DNA of 64,000 bases, from NCBI GenBank assembly GCA_934133005.1, contig CAKPAI010000002.1:132657-196656 (forward strand), in the 5' to 3' direction. The translations under genes and the position numbers were made by a program. The notes beneath the pieces were generated by a model. The model searched no databases and was not told the origin of the DNA. It was given only the letters and a program-made list of their open reading frames with translations. Positions 19,927 through 30,534 of the stretch are shown piece after piece (the first letter of the stretch is position 1; every line of letters starts with the position of its first letter). The DNA is from an uncultured Clostridia bacterium. GTDB taxonomy: Bacteria > Bacillota > Clostridia > TANB77 > CAG-508.

Positions 19927-22251
19927 CTATCTTTTTATTAGATCATATTCAAATACTTTTACATTTTTTATGAAATGTTCAAAATCGTCTTTTTCTACAT
20001 TCATATTAAATTCGTCTTGTCCTTTTAATTGTAAATTATATAAGTCCATGTCTATTAGTCCTTCTTGAGATACATCCATTCCTAATGGAAGTGTCTTATT
20101 TTCATTTTCAAAAAATGTAATATTTGAATAAAACATCATTTTTGTATTTTCTGGTACATTTACTTTATATAAGTATGTTTCCTTTGATGGTTCTATCTCT
20201 TCTAATTTATCTAGTGTTTCATATGGATTTAAGCTAAATTTGCAAAAACCATATGGTTCAATTTTTTCATTTGATGCTTTATACAAACTTATATTACATG
20301 GTACTTCAACCATTTCTTCTTCTTTATTTAATATTTCATGAATGTCTTTTAATTTTTGTATGAATTCTGGTAGCTCTGTCTGTAAATTCACATTTAATAC
20401 CTTAAATTTATCTTTTTCAACTTCTCTATGTTTATTATTTTTTAATGTTTTTATTTTTGTTTTATCTTCAGTAACGTTTCCAAATATATCAAAATCTTTT
20501 GCTTCAATCTTTTCTATATCTTTTTTATAATCCTCTTTTAGCTTGTTTAATATCGCTTCCAATTTATCATTTTCTTCACTTTTATTATCTATAATGTTAA
20601 TTCCATCTAATACAAAGTTTGAAGCAAATACTGCATCTTGGGCACTATGTGACATTTTTTCCCTCTGCCTTGTATCAATGTTTGCAGCCAATGTCTCCAT
20701 ATCTTCTTCATAATTAAAATTCTTTTTTATTTTCTCTTTAGAAGTTTGTTCTTCAGTAACACCTTCTACAAGCATTTTTGATTCATCCTGGTTTGCATAT
20801 TTCCAAAAGTCAAATATACTCTTTCTATGCTCTTGTATTTCCTCTAAATAATTATTTGCAGAATCTACCCTTTTTTGAATACTTGCAATTTTCATTTTCA
20901 AAGCATTCATATCTAATATAGTATTTTTATTTTCTCTTTGAGCATCTCTTACTTCTTTTCCATATTTTATTACATCTTCAACTGTATATTTCTTCATTTC
21001 AAGTTCTGCTTCTGAAAAGTGTTCTTCTTTTGTTTTATCTCCATCTAGAATATCTTTCATTCTACTTTTATTCATTTCAGAATGTATTTCTTCTTTTTGA
21101 TTTTTGTCTCCTTTGAAGAAATATTTAAGTTTTCCTATAAAACTCTTTTTACACTCTTGAAAGTGTGAAATTTGAGCTTGTTTATTCATATACTCCTCTT
21201 CTAGTTCTTTTTCTCTTTTTTGAAAATCTTTTATGTCCGCTTTTAATTGCTTATTTTTTGTTTTTAGTCTTTCCGCTTCTCTTATTTTTTGTATAGCTTG
21301 ATCCTTTAAAAATTCGGGAAGTGTTTCATATTCAATTTTCATATCTTCAAAGAAAAATTCTAGTCCGCCTTTACTATCTACACGTAACTTAAATTTATAT
21401 TCGTTTGTAAGTTCATAAGCTAATATGAATAATGCTTTAATTAACTTATATGTATTACTTGCCTCTTTTTTATCAGATAATTCAATTTTATATTTGCTTG
21501 TCATTTTATCAAATATTGTGGTTTCTCCAACAATATGAATACTTAAATTTTGATCCTTATTTGTAACTTCATAAACTTGTGCCCAATTTTTTGTAAAATA
21601 CCATAAATAATTAATTATATCCTCTATTTCTGATTTTTTTAAAATTCTTTCACTATATTCTTCATTACTTATTGGTACAAAAATATGTCTACTATCACTA
21701 GACTTATGTTGTTCTATTTTTTCTTTCATTAGATAAAACATTGGTGCATTATCATTTTCTTCAATAGATGCCAGCATAAAATATTTTTTTGCATAATCAG
21801 AATAAAAAATTTGCCACTTGAAATTATTACTAAATTTTATATCAAATGGTATCTGTTTAGAAAATTCTGCTTGTTCTTCTTCTATTTTTTTAATATCTTC
21901 TAAATTTGTTTGATTCATCATTCTTAAAAAATAAGCATACTTTTCTAAATTTTCCTTATTCTGTTCCATATAAGTTGATACAGGACTTGCAAATTTATAT
22001 CTTTCTGAAAGTTCAGCTAATCTGTCTTTAGGTGTTACTAAAATTTCAACATCACTTACATCTATATACTTATATATTTTATAAGACTTTTCATCATATA
22101 CTTTTGGAAGTCTATAATTTAATGGTTCAAATTCTTGTAACACTTCCGGTACTTTTCCCAATTCAAATCCTATATATTTTACTTTGTTCGTTAATATATT
22201 TAAATTTTCAGTTGTTCCTTCAACTTTTTTTCTTTGCATTATTTCCTCCAT
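19927..22251 (-). CDS. hypothetical 774-aa protein, coiled-coil rich
   Basis: Long ORF in the AT-rich codon style. No motif recognised. Central Lys/Glu-rich heptad-like segments. Confidence 0.5.
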   Translation of the reverse strand: MEEIMQRKKVEGTTENLNILTNKVKYIGFELGKVPEVLQEFEPLNYRLPKVYDEKSYKIYKYIDVSDVEILVTPKDRLAELSERYKFASPVSTYMEQNKENLEKYAYFLRMMNQTNLEDIKKIEEEQAEFSKQIPFDIKFSNNFKWQIFYSDYAKKYFMLASIEENDNAPMFYLMKEKIEQHKSSDSRHIFVPISNEEYSERILKKSEIEDIINYLWYFTKNWAQVYEVTNKDQNLSIHIVGETTIFDKMTSKYKIELSDKKEASNTYKLIKALFILAYELTNEYKFKLRVDSKGGLEFFFEDMKIEYETLPEFLKDQAIQKIREAERLKTKNKQLKADIKDFQKREKELEEEYMNKQAQISHFQECKKSFIGKLKYFFKGDKNQKEEIHSEMNKSRMKDILDGDKTKEEHFSEAELEMKKYTVEDVIKYGKEVRDAQRENKNTILDMNALKMKIASIQKRVDSANNYLEEIQEHRKSIFDFWKYANQDESKMLVEGVTEEQTSKEKIKKNFNYEEDMETLAANIDTRQREKMSHSAQDAVFASNFVLDGINIIDNKSEENDKLEAILNKLKEDYKKDIEKIEAKDFDIFGNVTEDKTKIKTLKNNKHREVEKDKFKVLNVNLQTELPEFIQKLKDIHEILNKEEEMVEVPCNISLYKASNEKIEPYGFCKFSLNPYETLDKLEEIEPSKETYLYKVNVPENTKMMFYSNITFFENENKTLPLGMDVSQEGLIDMDLYNLQLKGQDEFNMNVEKDDFEHFIKNVKVFEYDLIKR

Positions 22252-22473
22252 ATATTTTTATGTGGCATTAGTATATCATAACATTTTTAAATTATCTATA
22301 AAAATTAAATGTTTTTTAGAATTATGTATCTTTAACATACATAATTTTTTTAAAATTTTACAATATATTTATTATATCTACAAAAAATCTAATTTTTTCT
22401 TTATTTACTATTTATATTTTTATCAAGTTATGTTAGAATTCAAATTAATAATTTATAGATTGGAGGATTCTTT

Positions 22474-22749
22474 ATGAATTTAAATAAATGTGAACGTTGT
22501 GGTTGTTTCTTTTCAGCAAAAAATTCTGTATGCCCTAACTGTCAAGCAAAAGATGTTAATGATATAAATTGCTTAAAGAAATTTTTAAGTGAACAAGAAG
22601 CTCATATATCTGTTGAAAGTCTTTCTTATGGAGCAGGTGTATCTGTAAAAAATATTAACAGATATTTGCAAGATAAAAAATTATGTTCTACTTTTTCTGA
22701 TTTAGGTTTATCTTTTGAAAAGCAAAATAATATTGAAATAAAAGCATAA
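22474..22749 (+). CDS. small zinc-ribbon protein (YvyF/TIGR03826-like)
   Basis: GGAGG RBS. CxxC...CxxC at the N-terminus (CERCG...CPNC), followed by an FL-rich segment resembling the flagellar-operon protein YvyF family. Confidence 0.45.
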   Translation: MNLNKCERCGCFFSAKNSVCPNCQAKDVNDINCLKKFLSEQEAHISVESLSYGAGVSVKNINRYLQDKKLCSTFSDLGLSFEKQNNIEIKA

Positions 22750-22755
22750 TTTTAA

Positions 22756-22786
22756 AAGTCTTTGTATAAAAACAAAGACTTTTTTC
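22756..22786. terminator. bidirectional terminator between zinc-ribbon gene and rnhB
   Basis: AAGTCTTTGT-ATAAAA-ACAAAGACTT hairpin flanked by T-runs on both strands. Confidence 0.55.
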
Positions 22787-23418
22787 TATATAAATTTTTT
22801 TATGAATGAATTTCTGTGAAGTGAACATGGACCATATTCTTTTATTGCAGCAATATGAGCTGCTGTTCCATATCCTTTATGTTTGATAAATCCATATTGA
22901 GGATAGATTTCATCCCATTGTCTCATTATTCTGTCCCTAGTAACTTTTGCTATAATTGATGCTGCTGCAATTGAATAACATTTAGCATCTCCTTTAATCA
23001 TTGATTCATATGGTATTCCATCTGTATCAATGCCTTTTAAAGCATCAACTATTATTAAGTCTGGTCTTATGCTTAGTTCTTTTACTGCCATCGTTAAGCC
23101 TTCTTTAGTTGCATTTAAAATATTTATTCTATCAATTTCCTTTTGGTCTATTATTCCAACACCATAACTTATTGCTTCTTCTGTAATTTTTTCAAATAAT
23201 TCCTCCCTTTTCTTTTCTGAAATTTTCTTAGAATCATTTACTCCTTCTATCATCGAATTTCTTGGCATTATTGCACAAGCTACTACTACGGGTCCAGCAA
23301 GTGGTCCACGTCCAGCTTCATCTATTCCACATATATATTTAAAATTTGGATTCTTCAAATATATTTCCTCTTCTATTTTTTTTAGCTCAATTAGTCTTTG
23401 TTCTTCTTTTTCTTTCAT
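22786..23418 (-). CDS. rnhB: ribonuclease HII
   Basis: 210 aa; GIDEAGRGPLAGPVVVACAI catalytic motif. Confidence 0.9.
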   Translation of the reverse strand: MKEKEEQRLIELKKIEEEIYLKNPNFKYICGIDEAGRGPLAGPVVVACAIMPRNSMIEGVNDSKKISEKKREELFEKITEEAISYGVGIIDQKEIDRINILNATKEGLTMAVKELSIRPDLIIVDALKGIDTDGIPYESMIKGDAKCYSIAAASIIAKVTRDRIMRQWDEIYPQYGFIKHKGYGTAAHIAAIKEYGPCSLHRNSFIKKFI

Positions 23419-23421
23419 TTA

Positions 23422-23955
23422 TTATTCTACCTCTGACATCTCATTATTTTCAGTGTTGTTTTCCTCATTTTTTACACTTTTGCTTGTTTCTTTTTCTATA
23501 TCTGAAAGTTTATACAATATTTTGCTATCTGAAATTTTGCATCCTCCTGTAAGAATTATTTCATAGCTATTATAATCTATTAAATAATAATTTCCTTCCG
23601 GACTCGTAATCTCTAGTTTTGCTTCTGCCAAGTCTTCGTCACTTAGTACATAATACTTTTCCTTTTCTTCTTCTGTTAAAATATCTTTTTCTAAAAAGTT
23701 TTTGACTATTTCATCATTTTGCATATCTTGTAGCTTTTTTCCTAAATAGTTTATATTTTCAACTTTGTCCGCAGTTTGACTATCTACATAGCTTTTCAAT
23801 TTCCACTCTACTAACAACATATCAGTCTTTATTGTTTCTATTCTTGCTTCATTATATTTAAGTCTTACAAAATATACAGCTGTACCAGCAATAATTGCAA
23901 TTACTATGACTATACATATAAGACTTATTATTCCCATTCCTTTATTGTTTTTCAT
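23422..23955 (-). CDS. hypothetical membrane-anchored protein
   Basis: N-terminal TM (IISLICIVIVIAIIAG), acidic C-terminus. 3 nt upstream of rnhB. Confidence 0.5.
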   Translation of the reverse strand: MKNNKGMGIISLICIVIVIAIIAGTAVYFVRLKYNEARIETIKTDMLLVEWKLKSYVDSQTADKVENINYLGKKLQDMQNDEIVKNFLEKDILTEEEKEKYYVLSDEDLAEAKLEITSPEGNYYLIDYNSYEIILTGGCKISDSKILYKLSDIEKETSKSVKNEENNTENNEMSEVE

Positions 23956-24040
23956 TTTTTTCTCTCCTTTTAGTCTTTTTTTATTTTACTAAAATTATCT
24001 CCAAATATCAAGTATCATGCTAAATTACATTATATTTTTG

Positions 24041-24079
24041 TAAAAAAAATAGATTACCTCTCACTCATGAGCGGTAATC
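24041..24079 (-). terminator. rho-independent terminator in htrA 3' region
   Basis: On the minus strand, GATTACC-GCTCATGAGTGAGA-GGTAATC followed by T8. Confidence 0.55.
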
Positions 24080-24186
24080 TTCGAAAATAAAAGGGGATGT
24101 TTTTGTTTTTTAGTAAGTTTGGTATTACTTACTATGTTTATATATTACCAATAATTTTTGTCCATTTTGTGAACTAATTGTAAATA

Positions 24187-25428
24187 TTATTGTTCTTTTA
24201 ATGTTAAAGTAAATGTTTTTTCAGAGCCTTTTCTATTTACTGTTATCGTCATTTCATCACCTATTTGATGTGAATTTTTTATTTCGTTTAAAGTATCCAT
24301 TGTTTTTACTTCTTTGCTATCTGCTGAAATTATAACATCTCCGGCCTTTATTCCTGCAATTTCTGCTGCAGAGTATTCTTCAACAGAAACAACATAAATT
24401 CCTTCTACTATATTATTTCTTTTTGCAGTTTCTTCATCAACGTCTCTTCCTGTTATTCCTATATATGGTCTTTTTACTTTGTTATATTCAATTAGTTGCT
24501 CTATTATTGGCTTTGCAGAATCTATTGGAATCGCAAATCCCATTCCTTCAACACCTGTTGATGATACTTTTAATGTATTTATTCCTATTACTTGACCTTT
24601 ACTATTTACTAATGCACCTCCACTATTTCCTGAGTTAATAGCTGCATCAGTTTGTATTAATGTATATGTCTTTCCTTCAGAGTCTGTAACTTTTCTATTT
24701 AATGCAGAAATCATTCCTCCTGTAACAGTATTCTGCATTCCTAGAGGACTTCCCACTGCCATTGCAAATTCTCCTACCTGTACTGAACTAGAACTTCCAA
24801 GTTCAGCAGCTGTAAGTCCTGTTTTTTCAATTTTAATTACAGCTAAATCTGTTTGTGCATCTGTTCCAACTATTGTAGCATCATATTTTGTTTCATCTCC
24901 TTCAAGAGTTACTTTTATTGAATTGGCTTCGCCAATTGAGTAATATGATGAACTAGATGTAGAATTAGAATTTATTACATGATTATTTGTAATTATATAT
25001 CCATCTTCACTTATAATTATACCTGAACCTGTTGCAGTTGCTGTACTTGTTTGATTAAAGAACATTGAATTTACAGTATAATTTACTTCTATACCAACTA
25101 TAGAAGGTAATACTTTTTGTGCTACTGCAATTCCTGTATCAGAATAATTTTCTAATGATATTTGTGTTGTATTTATTGAACTAGATGATGTACTTGTATC
25201 AACAACAGCATTATTAGTATCTGTATTCAAAATATTATTTCTTATTTCTGGAACTCCAAGACATGTACCTAATACTATTCCAGCGCCTAAAACTCCACTT
25301 AAAAATGGAATTCCTATATTCTTTCCAAAATCATATTTCTTTTCTTTTTTCTCAGTGAAATTAACTGCTTTAAATTCCTTTCCTGTTTTATCAATAACTT
25401 GGTCTGGTCTTTTTTCTTCCATTTCCAA
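24187..25428 (-). CDS. htrA: HtrA/DegP-family serine protease with PDZ domain
   Basis: Trypsin-like catalytic motifs (ITNNHVI, GNSGGALVN), C-terminal PDZ, N-terminal TM anchor. Confidence 0.88.
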   Translation of the reverse strand: MEMEEKRPDQVIDKTGKEFKAVNFTEKKEKKYDFGKNIGIPFLSGVLGAGIVLGTCLGVPEIRNNILNTDTNNAVVDTSTSSSSINTTQISLENYSDTGIAVAQKVLPSIVGIEVNYTVNSMFFNQTSTATATGSGIIISEDGYIITNNHVINSNSTSSSSYYSIGEANSIKVTLEGDETKYDATIVGTDAQTDLAVIKIEKTGLTAAELGSSSSVQVGEFAMAVGSPLGMQNTVTGGMISALNRKVTDSEGKTYTLIQTDAAINSGNSGGALVNSKGQVIGINTLKVSSTGVEGMGFAIPIDSAKPIIEQLIEYNKVKRPYIGITGRDVDEETAKRNNIVEGIYVVSVEEYSAAEIAGIKAGDVIISADSKEVKTMDTLNEIKNSHQIGDEMTITVNRKGSEKTFTLTLKEQ

Positions 25429-25580
25429 TTCTTCCTTTCTTTATACATAATAATATTATTTTCAAATTCATAATTATAATACAAAACTAATGTGAATAAT
25501 GTGTGAAAATTTTATTATTTTTGACGTAATTTGTGATATAAAAAAAAAAGCATTTATAAAATTTATAAATACCTTTTCTA

Positions 25581-26603
25581 TTATTTATATAAATATTTTT
25601 GTGGGTTTATTGTTGAACCATTTAATCTTATTTCGAAGTGTAAGTGATTTCCTGTTGAATTTCCTGTTGATCCAACTCTAGAAATTACATCTCCAGCTTC
25701 TACTTCATCTCCGACATTTGCAATTAAACTACTACAATGTCCATAATATGATTCTACACCATTTCCATGGTCTATTATTATTAAATATCCATATCCACTT
25801 TGCCATCCAGAATATGTTACTGTTCCAGATGCTGCAGCTTTTATTTCTGTTCCATATGGAGCTGCTATATCCATACCACTGTGAGCATGGTTTCTTACAC
25901 TTGACTCATATACACCATATCTTGATGTAATGTTTCCAATTACTGGTGTTACTGCAAAATATACACCATTAAAGGTTGCAGATTCAATTCTTTCTTGTTC
26001 ATCCATCAAGCCTCTTAATTCAGTGTTTATACTTGCCTCTGCAGTTTGTAATTCTACAGTTCCAATTTCATCAATATTTTTTGTATATTCCTCAACAATT
26101 GCTATTTCTAAATTATCTAATTTTTCATATTCAGATTTCATCTCGTCTGAAATTTGTTGTGCTTCTTCATAAGTATTTACATAACTTTTATTTTCCCCAT
26201 TTACATTTATTGAGTATACTTTATATAAAGTTGTAACTTCATTTGATAGACTTGCTACAACTTCTTCTTGATTTTCAAGATTTTTATTTGCTAAAACCAA
26301 ATTATATGTTGGCTCTACATCTAAAGTAGATAATACAGCACATTCATGTTCTGATTTTAATAATTCTTCATTTATTATTTTTTCAATTTCTTCTTTGCTT
26401 TTTACATAGCCTATTGTTTCATCGCCAAGTTTTACCTCATATACTGGTTCAAACTTTATAAATATTATTAAAAATAGTGTAAATAGTGCTACTATAAATA
26501 CTGCAAATAACTTTATTATATCTTTCGTGCAATAGTTTATTTTATTGCTAAAAATAATTTCACTCTCCTTTTTCTTTAAGCGACAATATTTATTATAACA
26601 CAT
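25581..26603 (-). CDS. M23 family metallopeptidase (membrane-anchored)
   Basis: HxxxD and HxH M23 motifs (HSGMDIAAP, GNHLHFEIR). N-terminal TM. Confidence 0.85.
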   Translation of the reverse strand: MCYNKYCRLKKKESEIIFSNKINYCTKDIIKLFAVFIVALFTLFLIIFIKFEPVYEVKLGDETIGYVKSKEEIEKIINEELLKSEHECAVLSTLDVEPTYNLVLANKNLENQEEVVASLSNEVTTLYKVYSINVNGENKSYVNTYEEAQQISDEMKSEYEKLDNLEIAIVEEYTKNIDEIGTVELQTAEASINTELRGLMDEQERIESATFNGVYFAVTPVIGNITSRYGVYESSVRNHAHSGMDIAAPYGTEIKAAASGTVTYSGWQSGYGYLIIIDHGNGVESYYGHCSSLIANVGDEVEAGDVISRVGSTGNSTGNHLHFEIRLNGSTINPQKYLYK

Positions 26604-26644
26604 ATTTTATTCAAATGCAAATTTTTTATACATTTTGCCATTTT

Positions 26645-26683
26645 ATACATAAAAATAAAGACAAATCCTGTTAAAATTTGTCC
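26645..26683 (-). terminator. rho-independent terminator of thrS
   Basis: GACAAAT-N9-ATTTGTC hairpin followed by TTTATTTTT on the minus strand. Confidence 0.55.
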
Positions 26684-26693
26684 TTATTTTTTG

Positions 26694-28622
26694 CTATTTT
26701 TCAAAGTTTTTAACTTCTTCTTCTATTTTGTTTGCAAATTCAGTAAGATTCATTTGGCCAACATCACCTTCGCCTCTTTTTCTTACTCCTACAGCGTTTA
26801 CTTCTTGCTCTTTATCTCCAACTACTAACATGTATGGAACTTTTTTAAGTTGAGCTTCACGAATTTTGTAGCCTATCTTTTCAGCTCTTGAATCTACTTC
26901 AACTCTTATTCCTTTTTGCTCTAGAACTTCTCTTACTTTTTCAGCATATTCTACATGTTTTTCTGAAATTGGAAGAACTTTTACCTGAACTGGTGCAAGC
27001 CATGTTGGGAAAGCTCCTTTTGTTTCTTCAATTAAGAATGCCATAAATCTATCTAAAGTTCCAAGTATTGCTCTATGAATTACAACTGGTCTATGCATTT
27101 CTCCATCTTCGCCAACATATTCAAGTTCAAATCTTTGTGGTAATAAGAAATCTAATTGGCAAGTTGAAACTGTTACATCATGTCCTATTGCAGATTTTAA
27201 TTGAACATCTAGCTTTGGTCCATAGAAAGCCGCTTCTCCTTCTGCCTCATAGAATGGAATTCCTATTTCTGTAAGAATTTCACGAAGTTCAGATTCTGCT
27301 TTTTCCCACATTTCATCATCATCAAAATATTTATGTTTATCGTTTTTATCTCTTAAAGATAATCTAAATTCATAATTTTCAAATCCAAAGTCTTTGTAGA
27401 CTTCAAGTATTAGTTTAACTACCTTAGCAACTTCTTCTTTTATTTGGTCAGGTCTTACAAATAAATGGGCATCATTTTGACACATTTGTCTAACTCTTTC
27501 AATTCCACAAACAGTTCCACTATCTTCAAATCTAAAGTCATGAGCAAGCTCACCTATTCTTATTGGTAAATCCTTATAAGAACGCATTTTGCTCTTATAA
27601 ATTAACATGTGATGTGGACAGTTCATTGGTCTTAAAACTAATTCTTCATTATCCATTTTCATTACTGGGAACATGTCCTCTTTGTAGTGATCCCAATGTC
27701 CTGATGTTTTATATAATGCAACATTTGCAAGGGATGGTGTATAAACATGTTTATATCCCATTTTTATTTCTTTATCTTGAATATATCTTTCTAGTAATCT
27801 TCTTACTGTTGCACCATTTGGTAAATACATTGGAAGTCCTGAACCTACTAATTTATGTGTCATAAATAGCTCTAATTCTTTTCCAAGTCTTCTATGATCT
27901 CTTGCTTTTGCTTCTTCTAATGCTTGCAAATGTTCTTCTAACATGCTTGCTTTAGGGAATGAAATTCCATAAATTCTTTGAAGCATTTTATTGTTTTCAT
28001 TTCCTCTCCAATAAGCTCCTGCAACAGATAATAATTTTACACATTTAACTTTTCCTGTGCTCATTAAATGTGGACCTGCACATAAATCTACATATTCACC
28101 TTGTTTATAAAATGATAAAACTTCGTCTTCTGGTAAGTCTTCTATTAATTCTACTTTATAATCTTCTCCTGCATCTTTCATTAATTTGATAGCTTCATTT
28201 CTTGGAAGTTCAAATCTTGTTATTTCTAAATCTTCTTTTATGATTTTTTTCATCTCTTCTTCGATTTTTTCAAAGTCAGATTCTGAAAATCTATAGTCTG
28301 TGTCAAAGTCATAATAGAAACCGCCATCTATTGCTGGTCCTATTGCAAGTTTTACATCTTTATATAATCTTTTTATAGCTTGAGCCATTATGTGTGATGT
28401 TGTATGCCAATAAGCCTTTTTTCCATCTAAATCATCAAATGTTAAAATCTCTAATTTGCAGTCTTTTTCTACTTTAAATCTTAAATCTTCTACTTTTCCA
28501 TCAACTCTTCCAGCCATTGCATTTCTTGCTAGACCTTCACTAATTGATTTTGCAATTTCAAGTACACTTAAGCCACTTTCAACTTCTCTTTTGCTTCCAT
28601 CTTTTAATTCAATTGTAATCAT
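26694..28622 (-). CDS. thrS: threonine--tRNA ligase
   Basis: 642 aa. N-terminal TGS domain, editing domain, class II core and C-terminal anticodon-binding domain. AAAGGAGGA RBS. Confidence 0.92.
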   Translation of the reverse strand: MITIELKDGSKREVESGLSVLEIAKSISEGLARNAMAGRVDGKVEDLRFKVEKDCKLEILTFDDLDGKKAYWHTTSHIMAQAIKRLYKDVKLAIGPAIDGGFYYDFDTDYRFSESDFEKIEEEMKKIIKEDLEITRFELPRNEAIKLMKDAGEDYKVELIEDLPEDEVLSFYKQGEYVDLCAGPHLMSTGKVKCVKLLSVAGAYWRGNENNKMLQRIYGISFPKASMLEEHLQALEEAKARDHRRLGKELELFMTHKLVGSGLPMYLPNGATVRRLLERYIQDKEIKMGYKHVYTPSLANVALYKTSGHWDHYKEDMFPVMKMDNEELVLRPMNCPHHMLIYKSKMRSYKDLPIRIGELAHDFRFEDSGTVCGIERVRQMCQNDAHLFVRPDQIKEEVAKVVKLILEVYKDFGFENYEFRLSLRDKNDKHKYFDDDEMWEKAESELREILTEIGIPFYEAEGEAAFYGPKLDVQLKSAIGHDVTVSTCQLDFLLPQRFELEYVGEDGEMHRPVVIHRAILGTLDRFMAFLIEETKGAFPTWLAPVQVKVLPISEKHVEYAEKVREVLEQKGIRVEVDSRAEKIGYKIREAQLKKVPYMLVVGDKEQEVNAVGVRKRGEGDVGQMNLTEFANKIEEEVKNFEK

Positions 28623-29057
28623 TAAAAATCCTCCTTTTAAATTATTAGCTCATGTTTTTGGAAACTGTTCATCTGGTTAGAAACTGTGAAATTATATTTT
28701 TACAATTATGATTCAATCTTTTTGGCCAGGCGTTTATTGGTACAAAAATTGAATTTTTAATTTGAAAATGAATGAACAGTTATAAATCATAAATAGCTAC
28801 TTCATTTTAAAATAATTTAATGCAATTAAAAATACACCCCACAAGTGCATTTTTTGCACTTAGGAGTGTAATATTATTTACACGGTTCCATCCTAATTTT
28901 TAACTTAATTTATACTACTCAGCTTGTTGCCAAAGATTATTCTTTGTGGGGTAGTTTTTCAAATATGTTTTCCGCAGGTTAGCTTTCAGCCCATGACTAA
29001 CTTCTCTTTCTTGGTAACCTTTATTTTACTTTGTCCCATAAGTAATTAATATTTACA
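28623..29057 (-). promoter_or_regulatory. T-box riboswitch leader (Thr-specific) of thrS
   Basis: On the minus strand, AAUUAGGAUGGAACCGUG (plus coordinates 28881..28898) matches the T-box consensus AAUUAGGGUGGUACCGCG. A terminator hairpin lies at 28834..28870 with a U-run. Stem I carries an AGAGA motif and ACC codons (GCUAACCUG, AAACUACCCC). Confidence 0.8.
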
Positions 29058-29063
29058 TTGTTT

Positions 29064-29092
29064 ATAATAAACCTTTTTTTACTTTATGTCAA
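29064..29092 (-). promoter_or_regulatory. candidate sigma-A promoter for thrS leader (TTGACA-17-TATTAT)
   Basis: On the minus strand, TTGACA (29092..29087) and TATTAT (29069..29064). Confidence 0.45.
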
Positions 29093-29103
29093 TAGATTTT
29101 TTA

Positions 29104-30420
29104 TTATTTTTCTGTATATCCAGGTTTTTCTAGTAGTCTAAACATATTCTTTTTGTATTTTTCAACACCTGGTTGGTTAAATGGATTTACTCCTAATATT
29201 TTTCCACTCATTGCACAAGCAAGTTCAAAGAAATAGATTAATTTTCCTAAGTTTAATTCGTCTAATTTTTCCATTTCAATTAATATATTTGGAACATCTC
29301 CTGCGACATGTGCTTCTATTGTTCCCTCCATAGCTTTTTTATTGATATAATCAATAGATTTTCCTGTTAAATAATTTAGTCCATCTAAGTCATCCTCATC
29401 AAGACCTACTTTCATATCATTTTCAGGTGTATTTATTTTTATTACTGTTTCAAATAAATTTCTTCTTCCCTCTTGGATATATTGACCTAGTGAGTGTAAA
29501 TCAGTTGTAAATTCTGCTCCTGTTGGGAAAATTCCTTTTTCATCTTTTCCTTCACTTTCACCATATAATTGTTTCCACCACTCTGTCATATAATGCATTT
29601 TAGGTTCATAATTTACTAATATTTCAATATTTTTGTCATTTCCATATAAAATATTTCTTGCAACAGCATATTTATAACATTCATTATATTTTAAGCTACT
29701 ATCACTGTATTTTTCTCTTGCTTGTCTTGCACCTTCCATAAGTTTATCAATTTTTATACCAGCAACTGCTATGGGAAGAAGTCCAACTGCTGTTAATACA
29801 GAGTATCTTCCTCCTATATTATCTGGTATAACGAAAGTTTGATAATTTTCTTTTATTGCAAGTTTTTTTAGAGCTCCTTTTTCCTTATCTGTTGTAACAA
29901 AAATTCTTCCTCTTGCTTCTTTTAAATCATATTTTGCTTCTAGTAATTCTCTAAAAATTCTAAATGCTACTGCAGGTTCTGTTGTTGTTCCAGATTTTGA
30001 TATTACATTTATAGAAAAGTCTTTGTCTTCTATTAACTCTATTACATCATGAATATAATTTGGACTTAAAGTATTTCCTACATATATTATTTGTGGAGTT
30101 TTTCTTTTTCCTTTTTCTTGCATATTGTAGAAAGAATTTGTTAAACTCTCAATTACCGCTCTTGCACCTAAATAAGAGCCACCTATTCCTATTACTAAAA
30201 GTACATCTGAGTCTTTTTGAATCTTCTTAGCAGCTTTCTTTATTCTTTCAAATTCTTCTTTATCATAGTTTTCAGGTAAGTCTATCCATCCTAAAAATTC
30301 ATCTTCATTATTTTTATTTTTTTGTAACTCTTCATGAATTTCTTTTACTTTTTTTGAATATTCTTGAATTTCTTTAGTATCTATTCCTGAATTTTGTAAA
30401 TCTAATTTTAAGTTTTCCAT
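29104..30420 (-). CDS. pgi: glucose-6-phosphate isomerase
   Basis: 438 aa. Firmicutes-type PGI motifs ([26 protein letters not shown]). Confidence 0.9.
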   Translation of the reverse strand: MENLKLDLQNSGIDTKEIQEYSKKVKEIHEELQKNKNNEDEFLGWIDLPENYDKEEFERIKKAAKKIQKDSDVLLVIGIGGSYLGARAVIESLTNSFYNMQEKGKRKTPQIIYVGNTLSPNYIHDVIELIEDKDFSINVISKSGTTTEPAVAFRIFRELLEAKYDLKEARGRIFVTTDKEKGALKKLAIKENYQTFVIPDNIGGRYSVLTAVGLLPIAVAGIKIDKLMEGARQAREKYSDSSLKYNECYKYAVARNILYGNDKNIEILVNYEPKMHYMTEWWKQLYGESEGKDEKGIFPTGAEFTTDLHSLGQYIQEGRRNLFETVIKINTPENDMKVGLDEDDLDGLNYLTGKSIDYINKKAMEGTIEAHVAGDVPNILIEMEKLDELNLGKLIYFFELACAMSGKILGVNPFNQPGVEKYKKNMFRLLEKPGYTEK

Positions 30421-30489
30421 AATATCACTCCTTTGTTTTTTATTATCATATAATAAACTTTAAATTTATTCAACTATCTATATAATAAA

Positions 30490-30531
30490 AAACTTAAATT
30501 ATTAAACTTTTGCCTAATAATTTAAGTTTTT
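30490..30531 (-). terminator. rho-independent terminator closing the F1-like ATPase locus
   Basis: 14-bp perfect stem AAACTTAAATTATT/AATAATTTAAGTTT with a 12-nt loop, followed by T5 on the minus strand. Confidence 0.55.
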
Positions 30532-30534
30532 GTT

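Noticed and set aside
23422-23955. Type IV pilin or pseudopilin (hydrophobic N-terminus after MKNNKGMG)
   Set aside because: No G-F-T-L-I-E prepilin peptidase motif and no Glu at +5.
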